Part shown: positions 9,307-17,751 of the stretch, piece after piece | How positions within the stretch are numbered: position 1 is the first letter of the stretch | How the letters are laid out: every line of letters starts with the position of its first letter | IMG/VR virus record: IMGVR_UViG_3300045049_000125 | Coordinates: 9,840-73,839 of that record | Reading direction: 5' to 3' (one strand) | Origin: a virus | DNA: 64,000 nt | The notes under the pieces: model-generated | What the model saw: only the letters and a program-made list of their open reading frames with translations | What the model was told of the DNA's origin: nothing | Database searches by the model: none | Made by a program: the position numbers and the translations under genes

Positions 9307-9452
9307 CACCAACCCGCCTCATAGCCGGAGCCGTCGCATTCGGGACACTCCACGAAGTCATCTTCGTCTTCATCCCAAATCTCGCCCGTTCCTTCGCAGA
9401 TTTCGCAAAGCTCGTAGTCCCCTTCGCACAACCCACAGTAGCACTTAGCCAT
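9306..9452 (-). CDS. Acidic Cys-rich mini-protein (48 aa), missed by ORF track
   Basis: MAKCYCGLCEGDYELCEICEGTGEIWDEDEDDFVECPECDGSGYEAGW; DnaJ-type CxxCxGxG repeats; AGGA RBS. Confidence 0.7.
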   Translation of the reverse strand: MAKCYCGLCEGDYELCEICEGTGEIWDEDEDDFVECPECDGSGYEAGW

Positions 9453-9454
9453 GG

Positions 9455-9619
9455 TCAAATTCCTTGTTTTGAAGCGTAGTTGCCAAAACTGGCGTACTGA
9501 TGCGGACGTTTCTTTTTCGTCGTCAGCGCGTTGCCGCCGGCCACCTTGTCTTTGCGAAGCTCCCAGGACAAGCGATTGGCTTCACGCCAGGGGTTAACCT
9601 TCTTCGGCTTGGCATCCAT
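9455..9619 (-). CDS. Small basic protein
   Basis: MDAKPKKVNPW... Confidence 0.45.
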   Translation of the reverse strand: MDAKPKKVNPWREANRLSWELRKDKVAGGNALTTKKKRPHQYASFGNYASKQGI

Positions 9620-10086
9620 TAAAAATCGCCGTCTTTGACGTGAAAGCACATGATGCCGTTCTTGCGCCACATGTCCACGATGCGGCGCCGATCATCAAAG
9701 ACGCCCACGAGTCGTGCACGATCTTCCGGGAGCATACGATCAAGCATTTCCTGTTTGATGACGTTATCCGGACGGTAGTCACCATTCGCTCGCATGACGA
9801 CTTGGCCGTTTTCAAGTTGGGCTGCGTCTAGTGGAGTGTAATTCCACAGCCATTCCAGCGTCTTCCCTCGCACGCTCTCAGGACGCCCGGTGAAGAACCA
9901 GATTTCGGCGTCATGCACATGCAATGCTTCGAGAACTTGCATGACCGGCTCATTCACGCCGTCCTTGTCGCACAGCTCGTAGAACACGTCCCACTGCTGC
10001 TCCGCGCGGTCGCATTCCACAAGGTGGCGACGGTGATCCGGATCAGATAGCGTGCCGTCGATGTCGAAAATCCAAAGGGGTCTCAC
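9619..10086 (-). CDS. HAD-family 3'-phosphatase (T4 PseT phosphatase-domain-like)
   Basis: FDIDGTL, FTGR, MR..GDYRPD..IK, FDDR motifs. Confidence 0.88.
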   Translation of the reverse strand: MRPLWIFDIDGTLSDPDHRRHLVECDRAEQQWDVFYELCDKDGVNEPVMQVLEALHVHDAEIWFFTGRPESVRGKTLEWLWNYTPLDAAQLENGQVVMRANGDYRPDNVIKQEMLDRMLPEDRARLVGVFDDRRRIVDMWRKNGIMCFHVKDGDF

Positions 10087-10289
10087 GGCTTTCTCTCCGG
10101 AATGAAGTATGAAACGTGGTCAAGTGACCACTCGCGCTTTGCGAGCAGCCCTTGACGACGCATTTTTTCGAGGCGTTGAAGCAACTCACTAGTCCCCGCT
10201 CGCCATGACAAAGGATTGATGACGAATGTACCGCGCGAGCGGCAAACCTGCAAAATCGTCGCTTCGTCAGGAATGGTTCGGCGGCTCAT
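10083..10289 (-). CDS. Small wHTH-like hypothetical protein
   Basis: Coupled ORF. Confidence 0.45.
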   Translation of the reverse strand: MSRRTIPDEATILQVCRSRGTFVINPLSWRAGTSELLQRLEKMRRQGLLAKREWSLDHVSYFIPERKP

Positions 10290-10461
10290 TCGCAATAACC
10301 TCCTTCGCTACGAGCCGCCGCGTCAACAGCGTCATAGGCCGAGTTATAGAGGTTATATTCTCCGGCCCACCAGGGTGCGCAAGACCATTTGGTGGAATCT
10401 CTGTGGAATTTAAGAGTGTACGCCGGATGTCCAGCCAACCATGCGAAGCGTTGAGCGTTAT

Positions 10462-11085
10462 TCATGTACCATCCTCCCCGGCAAGCGTCGGGGCGGCGGA
10501 GAGCAGCTTACGAACTGCCCGTAACGCATCGTTCCGGGCAATCGATGGCTGATAACCTTCGAGTACGGCGCGGATCAAATCCAGCTCATCGCGCCATCCC
10601 TCCGGCACGGCCGCGCGCTCGGCGGTGTTTTTAAGCGTTGCTAGAACGTCGCGCAGCAGGTCGAGCGAAACGGACGTATCTACCATATAACCCATGCGCT
10701 CGGCGCCAGACAGGATTCGCCGGATGCTGTTGGCCGCCTCACCCTGCGCCACCTCTCCGGAATTTCCGGATGGCTGCGCGACACGCACAACGCATACGTG
10801 GTCAATCCCATGATGCGGGCAACCTTCATCCTCGCACAGTTCTTCGCTTCGAGCCTTCCATAAATCGAAAGCCATTTGCGCCGACATCCACATTTCTGCG
10901 CTCGTTCCCAAGAAGGTTTCGAGGCGAATCGCCATTTCGGCAGAAATTCCGCTCTTGCCGTTAAGAATTCTAGAAAGCGAAACTCGTGTTATCCCTAATC
11001 GCTTGGCGGCTTCGGTGACCGATAAGGTGGCCAGATACTCGCGCAATATCTCTCCGGGATGCGCAGGGTTTTTCATGCGGCTCAT
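10462..11085 (-). CDS. HigA/VapI-type antitoxin HTH domain fused to a phage mosaic C-terminal region
   Basis: N-terminal PAHPGEILRE...SVTEAAKRLGITRVSLSRILNGKSGISAEMAIRL...GTSAEMW...Q...DLW is a textbook HigA; tail AVPEGWR...LLSAAP. Confidence 0.85.
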   Translation of the reverse strand: MSRMKNPAHPGEILREYLATLSVTEAAKRLGITRVSLSRILNGKSGISAEMAIRLETFLGTSAEMWMSAQMAFDLWKARSEELCEDEGCPHHGIDHVCVVRVAQPSGNSGEVAQGEAANSIRRILSGAERMGYMVDTSVSLDLLRDVLATLKNTAERAAVPEGWRDELDLIRAVLEGYQPSIARNDALRAVRKLLSAAPTLAGEDGT

Positions 11086-11086
11086 C

Positions 11087-11320
11087 TCAAATCTTCCAGA
11101 CAGTGTGATGAATCCCGAACGCGGTAAGCTCTTCCTCGTACGGGCGCGTGTCGGTGACAGTGAGGATTCCCCGGTTGAGACGGATAGCCAACCCTACATC
11201 TTCGTTGTCCTCCGTTCGCTGCCATTTGGCAGCGAAATCGGACATGTTGACATTGATCGTTCCGGCGAATGCGTGCGCCGGTTTCAAATAGCGCACGCGG
11301 TTGTTGTAAGCCTTCCCCAT
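11087..11320 (-). CDS. Hypothetical protein
   Basis: Packed ORF. Confidence 0.55.
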   Translation of the reverse strand: MGKAYNNRVRYLKPAHAFAGTINVNMSDFAAKWQRTEDNEDVGLAIRLNRGILTVTDTRPYEEELTAFGIHHTVWKI

Positions 11321-11322
11321 GG

Positions 11323-12090
11323 TCAGCAGGCGCAGGAGAAGAACGACGGCGAACGGTCGTATTCGTTTTCACCAGTCGGCCGCTTGCCGGTGATGATTTC
11401 GTACTTGTCCCAAAACACGGGATCAGTGCTGACGCCCTCAAGGAGGCCGCCCTTGGTGAGGTAATCACCGCCCCACTTCGATTCGGGATCAACCCACGAA
11501 TCGGCATAGCGCATCAGCTCGTAATAGCTGACTTCCGCATAACCGTCATCATAATCCGAACCGCTCAGGCTTTCGGCGTAGTTGTCGATCCAACACACGG
11601 CGGCGCAGACCTTGGCGACCTGTTCTTCGTATTGGAACGACGTGAAGTTCCCCACTCCGCCCATGCGGTCGGCCCAATCGATCATGGCATGCCGAACGCG
11701 CTTGTCCTCAGGACTGACGGAATGCGGTTGCTTCGGCTTGTCGCTGCCGTCTTCCGTGGTCTCGGGGAAGGACGGATGCTCCCACACGTGGCGCAGGCTC
11801 TTGACGGTGCGCGGCAGCAAGACGAGCCAGAAGCGCTCACCCATCATCACGTTCCGCTCAAGGAACGGATCGACAATGCCGGTTGCCTCCTTGCCGCTCC
11901 GGCCGCCGGCCGAATACGCCTTGCCGTCCGGACCGAGATACACGCGGTCGCCGGGGCTGAAATAGCCGCCGGCTTCGGCAGGATAGACCGCGAGGTGGAT
12001 CGCATCGCGCTTCTCGTTCTCGGTGATGATCGTGCCCAGGGTTTCCAGCGCGTCGGTGGTGACGCTGCGCTTGTCGCCATTGTTTACCAT
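11323..12090 (-). CDS. Hypothetical phage protein
   Basis: RDAIH..V, GIVDPFL, SLRHVWEHP motifs, C-terminal CAC; GAGG RBS. Confidence 0.7.
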   Translation of the reverse strand: MVNNGDKRSVTTDALETLGTIITENEKRDAIHLAVYPAEAGGYFSPGDRVYLGPDGKAYSAGGRSGKEATGIVDPFLERNVMMGERFWLVLLPRTVKSLRHVWEHPSFPETTEDGSDKPKQPHSVSPEDKRVRHAMIDWADRMGGVGNFTSFQYEEQVAKVCAAVCWIDNYAESLSGSDYDDGYAEVSYYELMRYADSWVDPESKWGGDYLTKGGLLEGVSTDPVFWDKYEIITGKRPTGENEYDRSPSFFSCAC

Positions 12091-12149
12091 TTTGAAATCC
12101 TCAGTTATGTGGTTGTTGCCGGCGCAGTGTATTACGCCGGCGTTGATTG

Positions 12150-13688
12150 TCAAGCGGCCAAACCGTACGTCCCATGCACTCCGGCCATAATTCGCTCCGC
12201 GATTACGCGCAGGCTTTCGAGCTGTTCAGATACTTGGATCGACACACTGTACTCAGCTTCACGCCGAGCACGCGCGTCCGAATCCCGTTCAGCCTGCTTT
12301 TCGGCGGTCTCCGTCCCCGCCCGCTGCTCGCGTTCCAGCTTGAGGCGAAGATGCGTTTTGCGCGGCAAGCGGCCGTTGGCGATGTCGGCGCGGCGCTTGT
12401 AGCGAGCAGCCACCTCGGCGGCTTTCTTTTCATCACGCTCGCGGCGCAGGCGTTCCGAACGCGATTCCACGCGAGCCAGCGCATTCACTTGCTCTGCGAC
12501 GGCCGCCTGTTCGGCTTCCTGAGCAGCCTTCGCTGCCTTGGCGGCTTCGTTGGCCGCACGCTTCTTGAGCTGTCGCGTCTGCCATGACTTGTCCTTGTAG
12601 TGGCGGAAGCGCCGCGCAATCTGCTTGGCTTCGTCTTCGTAATCCGCCGGGTCAAGCCCGAGCATTACCAGCATGTTTTTGAACCCTTCAAGGCGCTTTT
12701 CGAGCGGCATCATGCGCAGTTCGTCATTGTTCTCCGGAATGTCGGTGGCGTCGAACGTCAGCGCGGTTTGCCGGCTCACGTGGCGCACGATGGCGTCAAC
12801 CAGACGAACATACTTGGAAAGGTCTTCGACGTTTTCCGGCATTTCAAAATTGCGGAATTCGACGGTTCCCAGGCTGTTTTCGACGCGAACGATATAGTCT
12901 TTCGCCATCGGCAGCGTAACCGCACCATACTGAAACGACGTCTTATTCATCCCTTTCTTGCGGTAGATCAATCGCTTGCGCGAATCGTGCAGGCGCGCAT
13001 AGACATTTTCCAGCTCGCGCAGCCAGTAATTGCGATCCCACTCGTACATCCATTCGCTGCGCTGATGCAGGTTGCGAGTAAGCTGCTGAATCTCGCGGAG
13101 ATTATCCGCAATGTCCATTTCAATCTGTTCCACGGTCTGAACGCTTGCGCCACGCAAGCCGAGATGTACGGCCGTCAGCGGTTCGGCGTTGATGTTGTCC
13201 GTCAGGCCAATGAACGCCCAGGACAACCACGGATTCTTCGCCGCGAAGACGGCCATGCGGCGGCAGTACAGCTTGCGCGCGCTCAGGTCGCCGATGTGGC
13301 GCGTATCGGTGTGAATGTGGGCGCCACCGCCATTGAAATGCACGAGCTTCGGCGTCAGGTTCAGGCTTTCCGCATGGTGCGTGATGACGCGCGCCCGACG
13401 CATGAGGGCATCCAGCGATTTGTAAGGTTTCGTGGGGACTTCCACGCAATCCGGGTCCGTACCGCAGTGGTAAACCGCAACCTTGCGTAGGCGGAGAATC
13501 GTTTTGAGCTGTGCCGCGAAGAAGCACACCGCGCTATGGCGGTCATGCACGCAAGATGCCCAACCCTCGTCTTCATCGTCATCGTTGCGCAGATTGTAGA
13601 GCGCACCGTAAGCATCGGCTATTTCGTCCCACACGGCCGGCATGTAGGTCAGTTCAATGCCCATCTTGGTGGCAAGCTGCAAATTCAT
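12150..13688 (-). CDS. Putative amidoligase (COOH-NH2 ligase fold) with charged C-terminal tail
   Basis: MGIEL, VEVPT, GGAHIH, GTVEFR motifs. Confidence 0.7.
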   Translation of the reverse strand: MNLQLATKMGIELTYMPAVWDEIADAYGALYNLRNDDDEDEGWASCVHDRHSAVCFFAAQLKTILRLRKVAVYHCGTDPDCVEVPTKPYKSLDALMRRARVITHHAESLNLTPKLVHFNGGGAHIHTDTRHIGDLSARKLYCRRMAVFAAKNPWLSWAFIGLTDNINAEPLTAVHLGLRGASVQTVEQIEMDIADNLREIQQLTRNLHQRSEWMYEWDRNYWLRELENVYARLHDSRKRLIYRKKGMNKTSFQYGAVTLPMAKDYIVRVENSLGTVEFRNFEMPENVEDLSKYVRLVDAIVRHVSRQTALTFDATDIPENNDELRMMPLEKRLEGFKNMLVMLGLDPADYEDEAKQIARRFRHYKDKSWQTRQLKKRAANEAAKAAKAAQEAEQAAVAEQVNALARVESRSERLRRERDEKKAAEVAARYKRRADIANGRLPRKTHLRLKLEREQRAGTETAEKQAERDSDARARREAEYSVSIQVSEQLESLRVIAERIMAGVHGTYGLAA

Positions 13689-13755
13689 GAATCGGCTCCG
13701 TATGTGTGATTTGTGTGTGACAACGGAGCCAGATTAATGGCTCCGTTTTAGATTG

Positions 13756-14271
13756 TCAAGCTTTCCCATTCACCTTTTTCACGTGAACCAACACGCGAAG
13801 ATGAAGGCATTGAATGTTGTACCCGCCTGCGCGGATCGTGCTGACAGTCACGCGCTGCTCGCCGGCATCCGTCATCACATAGAAAACGCCGTTGAAGCCA
13901 TCGGAGGAACGAGCGTAAGCGCTGCTCAAAACTTCCGTTACGCCGGCCTTGTCCAGCTTGCGGGCGATGGTGGCATTGCGCTTGGCGACGACGGCGGCGC
14001 TGTGCTTGTCCATGAGCGCATCGATATCGGCGACCGGGCAGCCGTACAGGCGCTTATACCATGTCTTTCCGCCCGCGATGGCGAACAGAATTTGATAGTA
14101 GCGCCACACATTCCGGGAAAGGGACTTGGCCTCGTCGGAGGCTTTCCATTCATTGATGGCCGCAACACGCTCGTGCGCCCATTTACGAGCGGCGGCCGCG
14201 ACTTCGACGTCCAGCGGAGCGAACAGGTCGTTCAGGCTGGCGATGATGGCTTGGCGGGCTTCGTGCGACAT
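13756..14271 (-). CDS. Hypothetical phage protein
   Basis: C-terminal IRAGGYNIQCLHLRVLV motif recalled from other phage proteins. Confidence 0.7.
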   Translation of the reverse strand: MSHEARQAIIASLNDLFAPLDVEVAAAARKWAHERVAAINEWKASDEAKSLSRNVWRYYQILFAIAGGKTWYKRLYGCPVADIDALMDKHSAAVVAKRNATIARKLDKAGVTEVLSSAYARSSDGFNGVFYVMTDAGEQRVTVSTIRAGGYNIQCLHLRVLVHVKKVNGKA

Positions 14272-14299
14272 AGGATTCTCCGAATGTGTGAATTTTGGA

Positions 14300-14533
14300 T
14301 TAAGCGATGGTGATGACGGAGCAGGTGTGACCTTCGGTGGTCTTGGTGGTCAGCGTGGCGCCCTTGAGACGGGCAAAAGCCTTGGCGGCCTCGGCGTGCT
14401 TCTTGCCGGTGACGATGATGCACGTGTCATCGTTACCCCACGCCTTGGCGCGAGCCACCAAGATTGCCACGTCAGCGCCGAAGGTCTTGCGGGCGGACTC
14501 GTTGATGGCGCGAATGTCGTTGGTCAGGCTCAT
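14300..14533 (-). CDS. Small early protein
   Basis: Downstream of TTGACA (14588-14593). Confidence 0.6.
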   Translation of the reverse strand: MSLTNDIRAINESARKTFGADVAILVARAKAWGNDDTCIIVTGKKHAEAAKAFARLKGATLTTKTTEGHTCSVITIA

Positions 14534-14606
14534 GGCGGCTTCCGGTTGTGTGGTTGGTGAAGCTCATACTACTCCGATTTAAAACCGTGTCAACACCTTT
14601 TTGAAA

Positions 14607-15035
14607 TTATTTTTCGAGGTTGTCGGTTCGCTGACGATGGCGGGTGCATATCCACGCCCATTCCCGTGCGAAGCGTTCGCCTGAGGGTATGCCTGAATCC
14701 CGATATTGGTCCGGCTGAACGGTTTCCCAGCGATAGAATTCCTTGTCCTTCGCGAACAAACGACGAAACCGCATCGGATCGCAATGGCGCGTGCGCGGCT
14801 TGCGCAGGTTCGGCGTCAGCTCGAAAGGCATGGATGTCGGAAGGAAGCGAAAGGGGGTTGCGCCGGTCACGTCAGAGTCTTCCTCGAAGGGGTCAGGGAG
14901 GTATGCCGGATAAATTCGATATAGGACGACGCAACGACAACGTGGAAGCTCTTCATACGGCGCTATCCAGTGGTTACGCAACCACTTGTCGTCAACCGGG
15001 CCGGGCGTGGAGAAGTAGCCAAGCGAACCGGTCAT
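14607..15035 (-). CDS. Hypothetical protein
   Basis: MTGSLGYFS... ORF. Confidence 0.55.
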   Translation of the reverse strand: MTGSLGYFSTPGPVDDKWLRNHWIAPYEELPRCRCVVLYRIYPAYLPDPFEEDSDVTGATPFRFLPTSMPFELTPNLRKPRTRHCDPMRFRRLFAKDKEFYRWETVQPDQYRDSGIPSGERFAREWAWICTRHRQRTDNLEK

Positions 15036-15036
15036 G

Positions 15037-15246
15037 TCACAGCTCCGGACCCTTATCAAGCATATGCTTGAGGCGCATGCACGTGTGGCAGTCGCGAAGC
15101 GTCTTAACAGCTCGTTCAAGATCACGAATCGATTTGTCTGCCGCAAGAATGTCCAAGGGCTGCGCATAGGCAGGCATGGCTTCGGCGATGTCCAGGATTT
15201 CGGATACAGCCATATTAAATAGAGCTGGCGCCTGAATGGGAAGCAT
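15037..15246 (-). CDS. Hypothetical protein
   Basis: AGGA RBS. Confidence 0.5.
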   Translation of the reverse strand: MLPIQAPALFNMAVSEILDIAEAMPAYAQPLDILAADKSIRDLERAVKTLRDCHTCMRLKHMLDKGPEL

Positions 15247-15256
15247 TTGAAATTCC

Positions 15257-15496
15257 TTAGTGGAGAATGTGCCCGGGTGAACGTTCGACACGCATCACCT
15301 GAATACCTATTTCAGAGGAAATTGCCTCTATGCGGTCGCTTAATTGGAAATTGAAATCAACTCCGGGATTTAGAGGCGAAGTTTCGACATATTGGATATC
15401 CAGGTCTGTAACGATGACTGTGACATACGGAGATTCAAAATCCACCGTGTCACAGTGGTAAAACGCCATACCGTATTTTAAACCATTATCAGACAT
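15257..15496 (-). CDS. Hypothetical acidic protein (AT-rich DNA)
   Basis: Packed ORF. Confidence 0.5.
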   Translation of the reverse strand: MSDNGLKYGMAFYHCDTVDFESPYVTVIVTDLDIQYVETSPLNPGVDFNFQLSDRIEAISSEIGIQVMRVERSPGHILH

Positions 15497-15707
15497 TTTC
15501 ACCTCTGCGCTTAATTGCGGATTTAATGCGTCTTACACGACGCACGCTTAGGGCTTTCATAGACTGCGCTTTGCGCATGCTTTCCTCAGCCCTAGCGATT
15601 CGATTTTCCTCCGCATTTAGCCACACTTGAAGTGTGAGAAGTGAAGTATTCGGGTTTTCAATATCGGCCAATAAATCTCTATCTCGATTGCGTTCAGAAG
15701 CTTTCAT
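15489..15707 (-). CDS. Small coiled-coil protein (AT-rich DNA)
   Basis: Preceded by TTGCTA...TACAGT promoter-like site. Confidence 0.55.
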   Translation of the reverse strand: MKASERNRDRDLLADIENPNTSLLTLQVWLNAEENRIARAEESMRKAQSMKALSVRRVRRIKSAIKRRGENV

Positions 15708-15796
15708 GATTTCTCGTAGTCGTGACGTAATACAAGGCTCACTGTACAGCTAAAGAAATACGTTTAGCAAGCCCATACAGCAGTTGCCGAAAACCT

Positions 15797-15905
15797 CGAC
15801 ATAGGGAACATAGGCATGCTACCCTCAACGATGTGATAGCGGTTCCACCGCAGCCCGGGACGGCTTCTCATCACCTTGAGGTATGCATGCACTGTTCCTA
15901 TGTCG
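15797..15905. ncRNA. Candidate structured RNA: long bulged stem with branched apex
   Basis: CGACATAGG/CCTATGTCG, GAACA/TGTTC, GCATGC/GCATGC, TACC-TCAA/TTGAGGTA; apical hairpins GCGG-TTCCA-CCGC and AGCC-CGGGAC-GGCT. Confidence 0.5.
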
Positions 15906-15925
15906 CCGACCGAAATTTAGTCATT

Positions 15926-15951
15926 AAAAAGCCCGCTTTACGCGGGCTTTT
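15926..15951. terminator. Bidirectional intrinsic terminator
   Basis: AAAAAGCCCGC-TTTAC-GCGGGCTTTT. Confidence 0.8.
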
Positions 15952-15962
15952 CTGTTTAAAAC

Positions 15963-16979
15963 TCAACCCGGCCATTTCCAGAATTCGGCCAAAATGGGCG
16001 GTTGTGCGAATCCCCAGCGGTGCGCAATCCCCATGGCATTCAGGCCGCGAGCTGTGGCCTGAATCAGTCGTTGGGCGAGTGTACGCTGTGCCATTCGGCG
16101 CCACTCGTCTCCCTTCTTGCGAGCGACATCTCCCGTCTCAGGGTGCAGACCCATATCACGCAGGAAGACGATCCCGCCTGTGGGAAGCGTGATTCGCAGG
16201 CCGGCAACCTGTGGAGTAAGGCGCACGTTTTCAAACGTGATTCGATGCGCCGGGCGGTTTTCGCCATCCTTCACCGGACCCACATCGATGGTGACTGGTT
16301 GCGCCGAATCCAGCGCGATTTTAGACGCGAGATACACATTTTCGGTGAACATCTCTCCATGCACCTGCGCCAGTATCGTGGCATTGCCCGGACCTTGCCA
16401 ACCGGCCGATTCGATGCCATGGGCATCCATGTGCATCGCCTCGTCAAAATCGTAACCTAGCGCTTGCAGGATGTGCATACCTTTCAAATGGGAAGTGTTC
16501 ATGAGCCATGCGAACGTCCACGCCACGCCACCCCAATCAAGGTTTGCTGCGAACGTCCCCGGCTCGCCGCCGGCCTTGATGTAGGCGCGGATACCGTTCA
16601 CCCACGCCTGTGCGGCCGGATCGTGATCTACGCCCGCGCGAACCAGTCCCTCGGCGTCCACGTGGTCGCATTCGTACGTGATTGCCAGCAAATCCAGGCT
16701 CCCCACCTGATATCCCTTCAATCGATCACAGAGAACCGAGCAACCCGTATCCATGTCCGGATTGATGAACCAAATCTTGTCGGACACGTTCATGAGTTTG
16801 CGCGCCAGTTCGTTGCCGAGGCGTGTGGGGAAATCCACCTTGTTCACGCGCCGAAGATCACTCAGGCGCGACAGGCGCGGGCCGAACTCTTCAAAGGGCA
16901 ATACCTGTTGGAGCGGATACATCGGATAGATGCCCGAATCGGCGTATTCGATGTAATCGGGCGTGACATTGATGAACAT
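15963..16979 (-). CDS. Degenerate family-A (SPO2/APSE-like) DNA polymerase domain, predicted inactive
   Basis: Colinear remnants: DLLAIT (motif A), KGMHILQALGY (motif B), LRITLPTG, RLIQATAR; motif C HDE absent. Confidence 0.5.
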   Translation of the reverse strand: MFINVTPDYIEYADSGIYPMYPLQQVLPFEEFGPRLSRLSDLRRVNKVDFPTRLGNELARKLMNVSDKIWFINPDMDTGCSVLCDRLKGYQVGSLDLLAITYECDHVDAEGLVRAGVDHDPAAQAWVNGIRAYIKAGGEPGTFAANLDWGGVAWTFAWLMNTSHLKGMHILQALGYDFDEAMHMDAHGIESAGWQGPGNATILAQVHGEMFTENVYLASKIALDSAQPVTIDVGPVKDGENRPAHRITFENVRLTPQVAGLRITLPTGGIVFLRDMGLHPETGDVARKKGDEWRRMAQRTLAQRLIQATARGLNAMGIAHRWGFAQPPILAEFWKWPG

Positions 16980-16980
16980 T

Positions 16981-17517
16981 TTAAAATCCTCGGTAGATGA
17001 GTCCACGGAATGTGCCACATTCCTGGCAAAACCAACAGTGTTTAGGGTTCTCGGCTCCGCATGGCGTGTATTCGCCTTCCTGAGCAATCAGCCCCATGGC
17101 GCGCGAGCGCATCGGGAAGGGCTCTCCGCAGCGCCACGTGCGCCGCGCAGGCTCAAGCCCTAGAATTGGCTCGGGCTCCATCACGTGGACGATAGGACGC
17201 GGCATGGCGATCTTCTCGAAGTACCGGCGCACGCCCTTCCATCGCTTGTCGCTGTCCACGCGGTGCATGTTGTAGCGCTGATGGACGATGCACACATCCA
17301 CCGGACCCATGCGGCGCTTGTTCGCGCTGTAGTGGCTCAGGGCCATGACAAGCACTTGGTCACGATGGTCGCAGCCTGCCGACAGATTGCGCTTAGGTGG
17401 ATGCGCAAGGATGTGGTCTGCGAGCATGGCCGCGTCTTGTGGAAACGCTTCGAGAATCAGCACCCGTGCGTTAGGGCGCTGATTCAAAACGTTCGCTAGG
17501 ATTGTCATGATTTCCAT
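16981..17517 (-). CDS. Degenerate SF2 (RadD/YejH-like) helicase domain fused to a Zn ribbon
   Basis: Aligns by eye to RecA1 of 44356..46143 with DEAH replaced by HQRY and no Walker A; ends CGAENPKHCWFCQECG. Confidence 0.5.
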   Translation of the reverse strand: MEIMTILANVLNQRPNARVLILEAFPQDAAMLADHILAHPPKRNLSAGCDHRDQVLVMALSHYSANKRRMGPVDVCIVHQRYNMHRVDSDKRWKGVRRYFEKIAMPRPIVHVMEPEPILGLEPARRTWRCGEPFPMRSRAMGLIAQEGEYTPCGAENPKHCWFCQECGTFRGLIYRGF

Positions 17518-17520
17518 GGA

Positions 17521-17751
17521 TCATTTCCAGCGCGCACCCGTCCGACCGCTGATTTTATGCTGCAAGATCATTTCGTAAGTTTCCCCGTTGTGCAGCTCCA
17601 CCACGGCGCGGGAATCGTGCTCACCCGTCTCGCCCAACCAGTTGAGCGCGTACTCAATGGCGTCCGTCTGTTCGTAGTCAGGATTGCCGCGAACGATGCT
17701 CTGCTGCGCGCAGAGCGTTCCGGCGCTGTTATAAAACTTGACCTTAATCAC
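17521..17751 (-). CDS. Hypothetical protein
   Basis: AAGGAG RBS. Confidence 0.55.
   Translation of the reverse strand: MIKVKFYNSAGTLCAQQSIVRGNPDYEQTDAIEYALNWLGETGEHDSRAVVELHNGETYEMILQHKISGRTGARWK

Noticed and set aside
11087-11320. HigB toxin partner for the HigA fusion
   Set aside because: No RelE/HigB-like pattern recognisable
15797-15905. Hammerhead ribozyme (TGATGAG on minus strand)
   Set aside because: No CUGAUGA start and no GAAA after stem II
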